Assembly: GCA_949282305.1 (NCBI GenBank)
Contig: CASDPB010000047.1
Coordinates: forward strand, 155,514-219,513
DNA from: an uncultured Lentisphaeria bacterium
GTDB taxonomy: Bacteria > Verrucomicrobiota > Lentisphaeria > Victivallales > UBA1829
Direction: 5' to 3'
Length of the DNA: 64,000 nucleotides
Below are positions 19,958-29,818 of the stretch, one piece after another. The notes under the pieces were generated by a model. The model did no database searches. It was not told where the DNA came from and saw only the letters and a list, made by a program, of their open reading frames with translations. The translations under genes and the position numbers were made by a program. Positions within the stretch are counted from its first letter, which is position 1. Every line of letters begins with the position of its first letter.

Positions 19958-20164
19958 CAAAAACTCCCTGCCGGAATAATAACTTTTAACACCACCTTCA
20001 ACATCAGACAAACCCAGGTATTTCCACTCAAAATACACCACATAAAATATATTATGCGAACTTAAATTCAGCCTCAGCCGACACTTGGAAACAGCCTGCA
20101 GTTAATAAAAATATTACAGAAAATAATTTTTTCAAGCAACGAGCAGTTTTTTATAAAAAGATAT

Positions 20165-21268
20165 TCACTCGACGGACTTCAATATCTCATGCTCAAGCAG
20201 CCGGACAGCTTCCTCCTCCGGAAGAATCGCAAATTTCACACCGGATTTGAACAGGACAAGTTCACCTCCGGCGGCACCGCCGGCAATGCCGATATCGGCA
20301 TCCGCCGCCTCCCCGGGACCATTCACGGCACACCCCATCACCGCCACTTTCCGCAGATTGATTTTCCTGCCGTCCGCCTTGATCGAATCAATGAAATTCT
20401 CCACGCGGGAAACCAGGGAAATCAAATCGTAAGAGGTTCGCCCGCAGGTCGGGCAGGAGACGATTTCAGGCAACGAAGCACGCAGTCCGGCGGCTTCCAG
20501 AATCGCCTTCGCGGCACGGATTTCCTCCACCGGCGGAGCGCTCAGACTGACACGGATCGTATCTCCAATGCCGTCCAGGAGAAGAGCACCGATTCCGACG
20601 GCGGACTTGATCGCCCCCCGGAACGCGGTCCCGGCTTCCGTCACACCGAGGTGCAACGGCAAATCAGAACGGGCGGAGAACATGCGGTATGCGGCAACCG
20701 TCACGGGAACGGAACTGGCTTTCAGAGAGACCTTGATCCGGTCGAATCCGAAATTTTCCAGAATTTTCACCTGCTCGAAAGCGGCTTCGACAAGCGACTC
20801 CGCCATGGCATCGTCACGTGTCATGCCGTTGCGCATTTTCGACTCCAGCAATCCTTTCGGCAGACTGCCGGAATTGGCACCGACACGAATCGGAACCCCC
20901 GCTTCCCCAGCCGCCTCCGCAACTTTTTCCGCACGGTCGGAACCGCCGATGTTGCCGGGATTGATCCTGACGGCGTGGACGCCGGCCTTGATGGAAGCGA
21001 TCGCCAGACGGTAATCGAAATGAATGTCCGCAATCACCGGTATGGGGCTTTTCTCAAGGATCTCATGAAGCGCTTCCACGGCTTTCATGTCAGGCACAGT
21101 CACACGGATGATCTGGCATCCCGCACGACAGACTTCCCGAATCTGCGCCACCGTCGCCGCGGCATCCCGCGTGTCGGTATTCGTCATGGACTGGATTGAC
21201 ACGGGAGCTCCGCCGCCGACGACGACGGAACCGACCTTAATTTGCCTTGACGGGCTCCGCCTTGACAT
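20165..21268 (-). CDS. ispG: 4-hydroxy-3-methylbut-2-en-1-yl diphosphate synthase
   Basis: 367 aa. SCPTCGRT and MGCAVNGPGEA Fe-S motifs. Conserved N-terminal VVVGGGAPVSIQSMTNT. Confidence 0.95.
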   Translation of the reverse strand: MSRRSPSRQIKVGSVVVGGGAPVSIQSMTNTDTRDAAATVAQIREVCRAGCQIIRVTVPDMKAVEALHEILEKSPIPVIADIHFDYRLAIASIKAGVHAVRINPGNIGGSDRAEKVAEAAGEAGVPIRVGANSGSLPKGLLESKMRNGMTRDDAMAESLVEAAFEQVKILENFGFDRIKVSLKASSVPVTVAAYRMFSARSDLPLHLGVTEAGTAFRGAIKSAVGIGALLLDGIGDTIRVSLSAPPVEEIRAAKAILEAAGLRASLPEIVSCPTCGRTSYDLISLVSRVENFIDSIKADGRKINLRKVAVMGCAVNGPGEAADADIGIAGGAAGGELVLFKSGVKFAILPEEEAVRLLEHEILKSVE

Positions 21269-22922
21269 CCTGCGACTCCAAGTTTTCCGTTTTCAGTTCC
21301 TCTTTTTCCTCCATGGAACGGATCAGCGGTGTTGCCAGCTTTTTCACGTCGTAGAAAGAAACGAACAGCATGAAACTGATCAGCAGCACCACGAAACCAA
21401 TCGTGATGGGCTCCAGAATCTTCTGCGGCATCGGACGCCGGAAAATGATCTCAAGGAAAGCCAGCACAATATGTCCGCCGTCCAGCACGGGAATCGGCAG
21501 AAGGTTCAGCAAGCCGAGATTGAACGTAATCAGCACGACCAGCATCAGCCCCTGAATCACGGAACCGTAATACACGGACGTGTAAAGATACCTGCCGATG
21601 CCGATGGGGCCGCTCATGTGCTTGGGCTCAATCGTAGTGTATTTCTCCGTCAGGTTCAGTTTCTTTCCGATGCTGACGCCGATGCCGCGCAGAGATTTCC
21701 ATGTCATGACGATCACATTCTCGAACTGCGCCCAGGGCGTAGGATGAGTCAGCATCGCAAAGTTCACACCCGTCAAAGTGTAATATTTGACATACACCGG
21801 GGTAATGTCCGTCTCCTGCATCTTGCCGTCGCGCTCATAAACCACTTTCAGCGTCTTTCCCTGCGTCCTGTCTATGACGGCGCGGACGTCGGCAGTATCA
21901 CGGATTTTTATTCCGTCCAGCGAAACAATTCTGTCGCCCTTTTTCAGTCCCGCCTTTTCCAGCGGCGACCCGTTCGGCACCCGCAGCAGCGGATTTTCGC
22001 TCATACGCAGGAAGTAGCCCCCCTCGGCACCATCGGCATCCTTGACGGGAGTCGGCATGACTCCTTTGAACTCCAGTTCTCTGCCGTCGCGCAGAACGGT
22101 AAACGTCATCGGTCTGCCGCCGCACTCGAACAAAAGCATTGAGGAAAAGTCGCCGGCCTCGTTGATTTTCCTGCCGTCCACCATAATCAGGCGGTCGCCG
22201 TTTTCAATACCGAGTTTCGCGAGCTGGGAATTCTTCTCCGGATAAAGGTAAACCGGAATCTTCGGGAAGAAGAAGGGATACGCGATTCCCTCCTCCGGAC
22301 TGATTTTCCTGTTGACGGCGGGGAAGTAGGAAACTTCAAATTCTCTGCCGTCGCGCTTTACGCCGAGCCTGACCTCGCCGATTGTAAAAAGAATCTTGCT
22401 GACGAAGCCGTTCCACGTGGTATCGAAAGTCTCGCCGTTCAATTTATAAATCACGTCGCCCTTCCGCAGACCCGCATTGTATTCGGGACTCTTCTCCTCA
22501 ATGCTCTCCACCTCAATCTCCTTCAAGGTGGGCGTATCCTGCGGCACGCCGCAAATCCAGATCACAGTCCCCAGAACAAAACCGAACAGAATATTGAACA
22601 GCGGCCCCGCGACCACAGCGATCATGCGGTCCAGCGGTTTCGCCTTCGGCAGAGGCTTGCCGTCTTCATCCAGCGCCTCGCCGCTTGCATCGACCTGCGG
22701 GATTTCCACATAGCCGCCGAACGGAATCCAGCCGATCCGGTATTCAACCCCGCCGATCTTCCTGCTCCATATCTTGCGGAAGCCGATGGAGAACGCAATC
22801 ACATGCAGTCCGCGCCACTTCGCGGCAAGAAAATGCCCCAGCTCATGAATGAAAATACAAAAGCCGAAAAAGAACACCATGAAGGCGACGGCGCCGATTT
22901 TCAATAAAATATCACCCAACAT
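21237..22922 (-). CDS. rseP: RIP site-2 zinc metalloprotease RseP with an extended multi-PDZ region
   Basis: 561 aa. HELGHF zinc motif and LLNLLPIPVLDGGH. Three PDZ-like cores are visible (GDVIYKLNG, GDRLIMVDG, GDRIVSLDG). The 3' end overlaps the ispG start by 32 nt. Confidence 0.9.
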   Translation of the reverse strand: MLGDILLKIGAVAFMVFFFGFCIFIHELGHFLAAKWRGLHVIAFSIGFRKIWSRKIGGVEYRIGWIPFGGYVEIPQVDASGEALDEDGKPLPKAKPLDRMIAVVAGPLFNILFGFVLGTVIWICGVPQDTPTLKEIEVESIEEKSPEYNAGLRKGDVIYKLNGETFDTTWNGFVSKILFTIGEVRLGVKRDGREFEVSYFPAVNRKISPEEGIAYPFFFPKIPVYLYPEKNSQLAKLGIENGDRLIMVDGRKINEAGDFSSMLLFECGGRPMTFTVLRDGRELEFKGVMPTPVKDADGAEGGYFLRMSENPLLRVPNGSPLEKAGLKKGDRIVSLDGIKIRDTADVRAVIDRTQGKTLKVVYERDGKMQETDITPVYVKYYTLTGVNFAMLTHPTPWAQFENVIVMTWKSLRGIGVSIGKKLNLTEKYTTIEPKHMSGPIGIGRYLYTSVYYGSVIQGLMLVVLITFNLGLLNLLPIPVLDGGHIVLAFLEIIFRRPMPQKILEPITIGFVVLLISFMLFVSFYDVKKLATPLIRSMEEKEELKTENLESQDVKAEPVKAN

Positions 22923-22954
22923 TCATTATCTCCTTTCAGACAGTTTACTCTAAT

Positions 22955-23428
22955 TCACTTTTGACAGCTTGCAACCAAAGATTTCAAAAAACGAAAATAA
23001 TTCATCAGATGGCTTTTCTCCCAGCCTGTCCGTTCATAAAATTTTCCGGCGGGCAGATTCGTTTCATCGCATAAAAGCTGCATTCTGGTGATTCCGCGCC
23101 CGCGCGCCCACTGTTCCGCCTCCTCAAGAAAACGGCTCCCGATTCCGCGCCTGCGGAATTCCCGGCTTACAACAATATCTTCGATCATTGCCGAAAGACC
23201 GCCCTCCGCAGTGGAAATCAGAGTTTGGACACTGCATGTGCCCACAATGTTCCCTTCGCATTCGGCGGCAAGGAGCAGACAGTCCGGATTTTCCAGGATC
23301 ATGCGGAGGGCGCGCATCTGCTTTGCCCGATCCGGTTCAAAATCCACTTCGAGCGACAAAAGTTCATGTAGCATCTCCACCATCGGCGGAAGATCGCTTT
23401 CCACAGCCCTTCGGATCACAACCTTCAT
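22955..23428 (-). CDS. GNAT-family N-acetyltransferase
   Basis: 157 aa. Acetyl-CoA binding pattern VSREFRRRGIGSRFLEEAE. The start overlaps the dxr stop (4 nt). Confidence 0.8.
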   Translation of the reverse strand: MKVVIRRAVESDLPPMVEMLHELLSLEVDFEPDRAKQMRALRMILENPDCLLLAAECEGNIVGTCSVQTLISTAEGGLSAMIEDIVVSREFRRRGIGSRFLEEAEQWARGRGITRMQLLCDETNLPAGKFYERTGWEKSHLMNYFRFLKSLVASCQK

Positions 23429-24576
23429 CCGTTCCCCTCCACCGATGCGGCTTTCATGCGTGCCCAGCGGTCCGCCTCCAGAATATCGTCCAGTCCGGCG
23501 TTCTTCACAGTATGATGCGCCCGCATCGTCTCTTCGATCACATGCCAGATTCCGGTAAAGCCGATTCCGCCTTGCCGGAACCGTTCAAAAGCCACCTCAT
23601 TCGCCGCATTCATGACACACGGCATCGTCCCCCCCGCTTTCAGCGCCTCGCGCGCAAAGCCCAGCGACGGAAAACGTTCCGTATCCGGCGCTTCAAATTC
23701 CAGCGTGCCGATCTTCGCCAGATTCAGCTTCTCCAATCCCCCGGGGCAGCGCTCCGGACAGGTAAACGCATACTGAATCGGGAAACGCATGTCCGGCACG
23801 CTCATCTGCGCCATAATCACGCCATCTGTGAACTCGACCATGGAATGGACGATCGACTGCGGATGAATCACCACGTCAATCTGCCGCTCCGGACAGTCGA
23901 ACAGAAAAGAAGCCTCAATCATTTCCAGCGCCTTGTTCATCAGGGTTGCGGAGTCAATCGTGACCTTCTGCCCCATCGACCACGTCGGATGCACCAGAGC
24001 GCGCTCCCACGTCGCATTCTTCATCTCCTTCGGCGACGCCTTGCGGAACGGACCGCCGCTCGCGGTAAGAATCAGGCGCTCCACATTCACAGGCGCACGA
24101 TTCCCGAGACACTGAAAAATGGCGCTGTGCTCACTGTCCACCGGAATCAGACGCGTCTTGTACTGCTTCACCATCGGCATGACCACCGAACCCGCCATGA
24201 CCAGCACTTCCTTGCTGGCAAGCGCAATCTCCCTGCCAGCCTTGAGAGCCTCCATGACGGGAATCAGCCCGCCGGTGCCGACAATGGAACAGAGAATCAT
24301 GTCAACCTTGTCCGAGCGCACCATCTCAAGAATTCCGTCAAGTCCGGCAAGCGCCCGGCAGGTTCCCGGCAAAGCCGCGGAAAGCTGTTCCCGCATCCCC
24401 GGCTCCGCAATGCAGGCATAGGAACAGCCGAGCGCCCGCGCCTGTGCCGCCAGCAATGCGGCATTGGATTTCGCAGCGACGCCAACCACCTGCACACGGT
24501 CGCGCAGAGCCTCTGCAACCCGGCAGGCATTCCTCCCGACCGAACCGGTCGAACCGAGGATCACAACCCGTTTCAT
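23425..24576 (-). CDS. dxr: 1-deoxy-D-xylulose 5-phosphate reductoisomerase
   Basis: 383 aa. [14 protein letters not shown] motif, [12 protein letters not shown], and [20 protein letters not shown]. Confidence 0.95.
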   Translation of the reverse strand: MKRVVILGSTGSVGRNACRVAEALRDRVQVVGVAAKSNAALLAAQARALGCSYACIAEPGMREQLSAALPGTCRALAGLDGILEMVRSDKVDMILCSIVGTGGLIPVMEALKAGREIALASKEVLVMAGSVVMPMVKQYKTRLIPVDSEHSAIFQCLGNRAPVNVERLILTASGGPFRKASPKEMKNATWERALVHPTWSMGQKVTIDSATLMNKALEMIEASFLFDCPERQIDVVIHPQSIVHSMVEFTDGVIMAQMSVPDMRFPIQYAFTCPERCPGGLEKLNLAKIGTLEFEAPDTERFPSLGFAREALKAGGTMPCVMNAANEVAFERFRQGGIGFTGIWHVIEETMRAHHTVKNAGLDDILEADRWARMKAASVEGNG

Positions 24577-25031
24577 ACGCCGACCCCTTCCCTGCTCTCC
24601 AGCAGAAACGTCACGGGACCGTCATTGAAAATCTTCACCTTCATGTCCGCGCCGAAGCGTCCGGTCTGAACCGTCGCAACATTCTGCTGTTTCATGAGTT
24701 CCACAAAACGCTCATATAATTTCTCCGCGACTGCGGGGTCTGCGGCATCACTGAATCCGGGGCGGCGTCCCTTGCGGCAGTCGCCGTAAAGCGTGAACTG
24801 CGATATGACCAGTGCTCCGCCGCCTATGTCCAGCAGGGAAAGGTTCATCTTGCCGTTTTCATCACAGAAGATGCGCAGATTCGCGCATTTCTCGGCAAGA
24901 TAGACCGCATCCTTCTCCGTATCGCCGTGCGTGACGCCCAGCAGGATCACAAGTCCCTGCCCGATATTTCCGATCATCTCGCCATCAACGGATACGGAAC
25001 CTTCGGTCACTCTTTGAACCAGCGCCTTCAT
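24573..25031 (-). CDS. dtd: D-aminoacyl-tRNA deacylase
   Basis: 152 aa. MKALVQRV start, [11 protein letters not shown] motif, C-terminal NDGPVT. ATGA overlap with dxr. Confidence 0.9.
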   Translation of the reverse strand: MKALVQRVTEGSVSVDGEMIGNIGQGLVILLGVTHGDTEKDAVYLAEKCANLRIFCDENGKMNLSLLDIGGGALVISQFTLYGDCRKGRRPGFSDAADPAVAEKLYERFVELMKQQNVATVQTGRFGADMKVKIFNDGPVTFLLESREGVGV

Positions 25032-25036
25032 GAGAA

Positions 25037-25957
25037 TTATTTCTTGACCTGCGGAAAAGTGTCAAGCGCTTCCTGAGCGCACTGCTGAAGAAACTTCGCC
25101 TCGCTTTTTCCGATCATCTTCGGGATAAACTTGACGTCCGAAGTCTTCCTGTCATACAATGCGGCAAACCAGAGACACGCCTGCAGATAATCGCCGCGGT
25201 CATTCAGATGGGAAGGATCCCGCCGGATTTCCATTTCGCCGCTCTTTCTGTTTTTGCCCCAGTAGAACTTGCCGACGACGTCCCCTGCCTGCGGCGGAAG
25301 ATCAGGACATTTGAACGTCCTGAGAATTGCAGGGTCATAACTTTTGAATCTCTGACTGTCGGGAGTCTTTGCACGGGTCAGCTGGACGGCGGCGCCTGTC
25401 GGAATCACGCGAAGCTGATATTTCTTCGCAAGGTCGCTGTAACACTTTGTCAGGCGGTCATACATTTCCGTCTGTCCTATTTTCCAGTTCCTCAGGCGTC
25501 CGTCGTCAAGACGATACGCCCATGTCTGCTGGATCACAATTTCAGCCTGCGGCGCAAGTTCGCGGATCAGCTTGATGAGATTCTCCGCATAAGGTTCATA
25601 GGATTCCGGCTTCCAGCTCTGATGACTCCCCTGCTGAATCGTCACGACGTCCCATTTCTTCGAGGTCAGAATTTCCCGCAGAGTACGTTTCTTCTTGCTC
25701 CAGCCGTAAGGTTTGTAATCCGGTTTCTCCTCCGCTTTCTGATGCTCCTTCCAGTGGCGTTCCAAAGTGCAGCCGCCAATGTTCGCGCGATCCATTTCGA
25801 TCTTGCAGCCGGGGACGGATTTCACGACGGACGGAAGGTAATGAAACACACTGTCGGCAAAACTGTTTCCGATCGTCAAAACCTTCAGTTCTTTTGCGGA
25901 ACAAACCATCGCCGCCGCAAAAACGGCGGTCAAAGCGATTTTCTTCAAACACTGCAT
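25037..25957 (-). CDS. secreted SGNH/DUF4886-like hydrolase-fold protein
   Basis: 306 aa. Signal peptide [34 protein letters not shown] resembles the GDS(L)-type block I. Family call is tentative. Confidence 0.5.
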   Translation of the reverse strand: MQCLKKIALTAVFAAAMVCSAKELKVLTIGNSFADSVFHYLPSVVKSVPGCKIEMDRANIGGCTLERHWKEHQKAEEKPDYKPYGWSKKKRTLREILTSKKWDVVTIQQGSHQSWKPESYEPYAENLIKLIRELAPQAEIVIQQTWAYRLDDGRLRNWKIGQTEMYDRLTKCYSDLAKKYQLRVIPTGAAVQLTRAKTPDSQRFKSYDPAILRTFKCPDLPPQAGDVVGKFYWGKNRKSGEMEIRRDPSHLNDRGDYLQACLWFAALYDRKTSDVKFIPKMIGKSEAKFLQQCAQEALDTFPQVKK

Positions 25958-25982
25958 GTTACCTGCTCCTCCTGTTTATTTT

Positions 25983-26525
25983 TCAGTTTTTAATCAGTTT
26001 CAAAAATTCCATCCGCGTCGTCTGCTGACTGCGGAAGGAACCGAACATGGCGGATGTCACCATGGTGGAATTCTGTTTCTGGACGCCGCGCATCAGCATG
26101 CACAGATGCTGCGCCTCCATCACTACCCCGACGCCCTCCGGCTGAATCGTCTCGTAAATCGTGCGGGCGATCTGATTGGAAAGCCGCTCCTGTATCTGAA
26201 GACGCCGCGCAAACATATCGACGATGCGCGCCAGCTTGCTGACTCCGAAAATCTTTCCCCGCGGAATATAGCCGATGGCGCATTTTCCGAAAAACGGCAG
26301 CATGTGATGCTCGCACATACTGTAGAATTCAATATCGCGGACAATCACCATATCCTGGCTCTCCACCTCGAAAACAGCGCCGTTGATGACTTTTTCCAGA
26401 TCCTGCTGATAGCCGCGCGTCAGATATTCCAGACTTTTGCGGACCCGTTCCGGCGTTTTCTTCAATCCTTCGCGCTCCGGATCCTCTCCGAGCCGAAGCA
26501 GTATCTTTCTGATTTCCTCTTCCAT
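25983..26525 (-). CDS. folE: GTP cyclohydrolase I
   Basis: 180 aa from ATG 26525 (ORF open to 26579). Motifs [12 protein letters not shown] and [11 protein letters not shown]. Confidence 0.9.
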   Translation of the reverse strand: MEEEIRKILLRLGEDPEREGLKKTPERVRKSLEYLTRGYQQDLEKVINGAVFEVESQDMVIVRDIEFYSMCEHHMLPFFGKCAIGYIPRGKIFGVSKLARIVDMFARRLQIQERLSNQIARTIYETIQPEGVGVVMEAQHLCMLMRGVQKQNSTMVTSAMFGSFRSQQTTRMEFLKLIKN

Positions 26526-26727
26526 AAATTTCCCACTCTGTATGATGATTAAGTCGCTTAATATACACCGTCTTTCCAATTTATGAAACGGAGAAAAGAG
26601 TTATTTTGCAAAAAAGACGCCGGGAACATCCGCCGGGGGGAAAGCAGAGGAACCGGAAATTTTCATCTTTCCGCGCAAACACCCCGGAAGAACATACGCA
26701 AAAAACACGGAGACGTCCGTCCCGGGC

Positions 26728-26756
26728 TTGATTTTTCCGGCAAATCGTTGTAATCT
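26728..26756 (+). promoter_or_regulatory. candidate promoter for the 26784 membrane-protein gene
   Basis: TTGATT (26728-26733), 17-nt spacer, TAATCT (26751-26756). CAGGAG SD before ATG 26784. Confidence 0.35.
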
Positions 26757-26783
26757 ATCCAAAAAACAGGAGCAGGTTCGTTC

Positions 26784-28676
26784 ATGACGGCAGAAAAAAA
26801 ACAGATACACTGGGAAAAACATCCGCATCTTTATGGCGGCGTCATTATTTTTCTTGCCTGGTTCCTGCTGCATGTCTTTACGATCTCGTGGGAACTGCCG
26901 CACACCATGCCGCCGGAAACAGACGGCATCTCCCCCGACACGTCTCTCAATGCGCGCGCAATGATGGCGAAGGAAACATTCAAGTACCCGCCGCTGCAAT
27001 ATCTGACGGTGGACTGGCTGACGCCGCGGATCGCGGAAAAAGGAATGACGCCCGAGCAAATCCTGGAACACCGGTCCGCACGCCTTGAAACAATGCGCTG
27101 GATCACGGCGTCGCAGGAACTCCTGACCGCATTCCTGATCCTCTTTTTCGCCGTCGGAATCCTTTCGCTTCCCCTGCTTCCCTCCCTCTGCGCGGCGCTC
27201 TCCTTTCTTCTGCTGCCTCTTTCGCTTTTCTACTCCCAGACAACCAACATGGACATGCCGTGCACATTCTGGTTTTTTGCCTCCGTCACTTGCGCGGCAT
27301 TTGCGGAATCTTTTGCCGAACGGAAAAGATTCTACCTCCCGCTTTCTCTGGCGACAGGCATTCTGATCGGCTGCGCGTTCTGCACCAAGGATCAGCTCTA
27401 TGCGGCATATCTGCTTCCCGCCGCGGCATTTGCAATCTGGAAATTCCGGCAGCACGGAAAAATCGCGCAGACTCTCCTCCCGTTTCTTCTGTGGTTTGCA
27501 GGATTCCTGATTTCAACCGCGTCCATCTACCTGCTGATCGGAAAAGAGACCTTTCTTCCGCATTTCAAATGGATTACCGGAAGCGGTTCCGATGCGTCCT
27601 ATGCCATGGTCGCCGACTCCGTCTCCGGACATCTGCGCCTCCTTCTTCTTCAGCTTCAGGATACGGGGACGGCTCTTGACTGGCCGCTTCTGCTGTTCTT
27701 CCCGCTCATGATTATCCTGTTCGCCGGAAAACCGTCTGCCCTCAGGGAAAACAAAGCGATACTGCCTCTGGCCGCCTTCACTCTGCTGACGGTGTTTTCC
27801 ATTCATCTCTTTTTCTGCCAGGCGGTCCGTTACACCTATCCCCGCTACCTCGTCCCCGTCCTGCCGTTTTTCTGTCTGCTCGCGGCATTGCTCTGGCATC
27901 AGGGACTTTCCCGGAAAGCGGTACGGTACACATTTCCCGCACTTCTTTTCCTGCAATGCGCCATTGCGGTTCAATTTCTCTGCGGACTGAATCATACGCC
28001 GCGGTCGCAGCTGGTACGTCTCATCGAAAACGACAGGGAATCCCTGTCGCAAATTCGGATGAACACGGTTTCCGCAGCCGTCGGAGCGCGTTACATTCTG
28101 AATGAGGACGGGTCGATGCACCCGAAGAAAAAAATACAGCCATGGGGCGCGCAGCTGGGGCTCAGCCGTTTCGGGATTTATGACATCATGCCCGACGACA
28201 TCTCCATTTTCATGGTTGCTCCGGCATTGCTCGTTTCCGAATCGCCGGCGGAAATCCTGCAGGATTCCGGTTTTCAGCTCCGTCAGACTTTCCATTTTCC
28301 GTCCCCCCTGATCCCGACTCTGTACCGTCATGATGCGCATCCGCTCTTTCTGTATGCCGCGGCGCAGCGTCCCGCCGTCCGGGATTCGCTGGCGGATTTC
28401 AGAAAAGAATCCCTTGAAATGCAGATGATCAAGCTGGCATATCTTGTCAGCAGAAAGCCGCCGCTGAGCAATCAGAAACTTGCGGAAATCGGCAGGGCGC
28501 TTGCGGCGTTCCATCCTCCGGACACTGCAAACTACGACCTGCCGCATTTCGTGCATCTTTTCCTGTATTTCGCCTACCGTGCCGCGGGGCGCGGCAAAGA
28601 CGCGGAGATGCTCCGGGACTATCTCCGCCGGGCGTTCCCGCAGGAGTCGCTGCCGCCTCAGATGAAACAAGCCTAA
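26784..28676 (+). CDS. polytopic membrane protein, probable GT-C (GT39/PMT_2-like) glycosyltransferase with a soluble C-terminal domain
   Basis: 630 aa. The first-loop KYPPLQYL resembles the conserved PPL-x-Y(W/L) block of ArnT/PMT_2 proteins. Many TM segments to about aa 400, then about 230 aa soluble. Confidence 0.5.
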   Translation: MTAEKKQIHWEKHPHLYGGVIIFLAWFLLHVFTISWELPHTMPPETDGISPDTSLNARAMMAKETFKYPPLQYLTVDWLTPRIAEKGMTPEQILEHRSARLETMRWITASQELLTAFLILFFAVGILSLPLLPSLCAALSFLLLPLSLFYSQTTNMDMPCTFWFFASVTCAAFAESFAERKRFYLPLSLATGILIGCAFCTKDQLYAAYLLPAAAFAIWKFRQHGKIAQTLLPFLLWFAGFLISTASIYLLIGKETFLPHFKWITGSGSDASYAMVADSVSGHLRLLLLQLQDTGTALDWPLLLFFPLMIILFAGKPSALRENKAILPLAAFTLLTVFSIHLFFCQAVRYTYPRYLVPVLPFFCLLAALLWHQGLSRKAVRYTFPALLFLQCAIAVQFLCGLNHTPRSQLVRLIENDRESLSQIRMNTVSAAVGARYILNEDGSMHPKKKIQPWGAQLGLSRFGIYDIMPDDISIFMVAPALLVSESPAEILQDSGFQLRQTFHFPSPLIPTLYRHDAHPLFLYAAAQRPAVRDSLADFRKESLEMQMIKLAYLVSRKPPLSNQKLAEIGRALAAFHPPDTANYDLPHFVHLFLYFAYRAAGRGKDAEMLRDYLRRAFPQESLPPQMKQA

Positions 28677-28690
28677 TTGTTAGGCAGAAT

Positions 28691-28718
28691 TTGACAGATC
28701 ACATTTTCCATCTATATT
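28691..28718 (+). promoter_or_regulatory. sigma70-type promoter for the LacI-family gene
   Basis: TTGACA (28691-28696), 16-nt spacer, TATATT (28713-28718). It lies 42 nt upstream of ATG 28760. Confidence 0.55.
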
Positions 28719-28759
28719 AAAGTCAAAAGCTCAAACGATTAGGCAAGAAAAAAACGGCG

Positions 28760-29770
28760 ATGAATGTGAATGAAACACATCAGGAAATCAGCTTGAAGGA
28801 GCTTGCGGCGCATTGCGGGCTCTCCTCCGCGACGGTATCCGACATCATCAACGGGAAAGCACGCCGGAAACGGATCTCCGTCAAAACGGAAACACGTGTC
28901 CTTGACGCCGCAAAACGTCTCGGCTACCGCCCGAACCGTCTGGCGGCATGTTTCCGCCGCGGACAGAATCCGGCAATCGGAGTCTTTCTGCCGGATCAGG
29001 CTTATGCGCCCGTAGCCGCACTTTCCATGGGAATCTCCGACGCCGCGCTGAAAGACAACATTCCGCTGAATTTCTATTACGGGCTCCAGGACAGCGATTA
29101 TGCGTCCTTTCTGGATCTTGTCAGCATCAACGGCAACTGCGGCATCATCTCCTATATGCCGAGTTTCGCCGCATTTGAAGACAAGATCAGGCGGTTTACG
29201 GAACGCGGCGGAACCGTTGTCATGCTGAACTCGCCGTCTATGGAAAACCTGCATGTGAAATATCTCTCTCTGCGCAATTACGACGCGGGGGTCATTGCCG
29301 CACACGGACTGCTCAAAAGCGGATGCGAAGAATTTCATGCGTTCTGCGGGCATGACATTCAGGGCGGACAGCGGGAGGCCGGTTTCCGGGACTGTCTGCT
29401 GGAAAAGAAAATCCTGCCGCACCTGCATGACGGCAACGGGTGGAAAGAGGCGGATCTGAAAACAATCATCCGGAAAGCCGCCGGTAAAACCGTCGGCATT
29501 TTCGCATGGACCGATTTTGTCGCGCTGGAAATGTTCCGTTGTTTCCGGGCTCTCGGCGCCTCTGAGAAAATCGGGAAAAGCATCAGGATCATCGGATGCG
29601 ACAATTCACCGTTCTGTCATTCGATGGATCCGCCCCTGAGTTCGGTCGATCTTGCATTCCGCGAGCTCGGTTTCACGGCAATGAAATATCTGCTGGAGTG
29701 CATGGATACGCCGGACGCACCCCCGCCCCCGCTTCCGGAACCGCGTCTGGAACAGCGGGAAAGTTCTTGA
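28760..29770 (+). CDS. LacI-family transcriptional regulator
   Basis: 336 aa. N-terminal HTH ISLKELAAHCGLSSATVSDIINGK and a periplasmic-binding-fold effector domain. Confidence 0.85.
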   Translation: MNVNETHQEISLKELAAHCGLSSATVSDIINGKARRKRISVKTETRVLDAAKRLGYRPNRLAACFRRGQNPAIGVFLPDQAYAPVAALSMGISDAALKDNIPLNFYYGLQDSDYASFLDLVSINGNCGIISYMPSFAAFEDKIRRFTERGGTVVMLNSPSMENLHVKYLSLRNYDAGVIAAHGLLKSGCEEFHAFCGHDIQGGQREAGFRDCLLEKKILPHLHDGNGWKEADLKTIIRKAAGKTVGIFAWTDFVALEMFRCFRALGASEKIGKSIRIIGCDNSPFCHSMDPPLSSVDLAFRELGFTAMKYLLECMDTPDAPPPPLPEPRLEQRESS

Positions 29771-29818
29771 ACACAACGAAAAGTTCACAATATCAAACTC
29801 AAAAAAAGGAGGCTTGAA

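Noticed and set aside
29763-29787. GTTC-tt-GAAC palindrome and a further GTTC half-site at the LacI stop, upstream of gene 29819, as a possible operator
   Set aside because: The arms are only 4-5 bp and do not resemble the 14-20 bp LacI-family consensus. They are too short to distinguish from chance.
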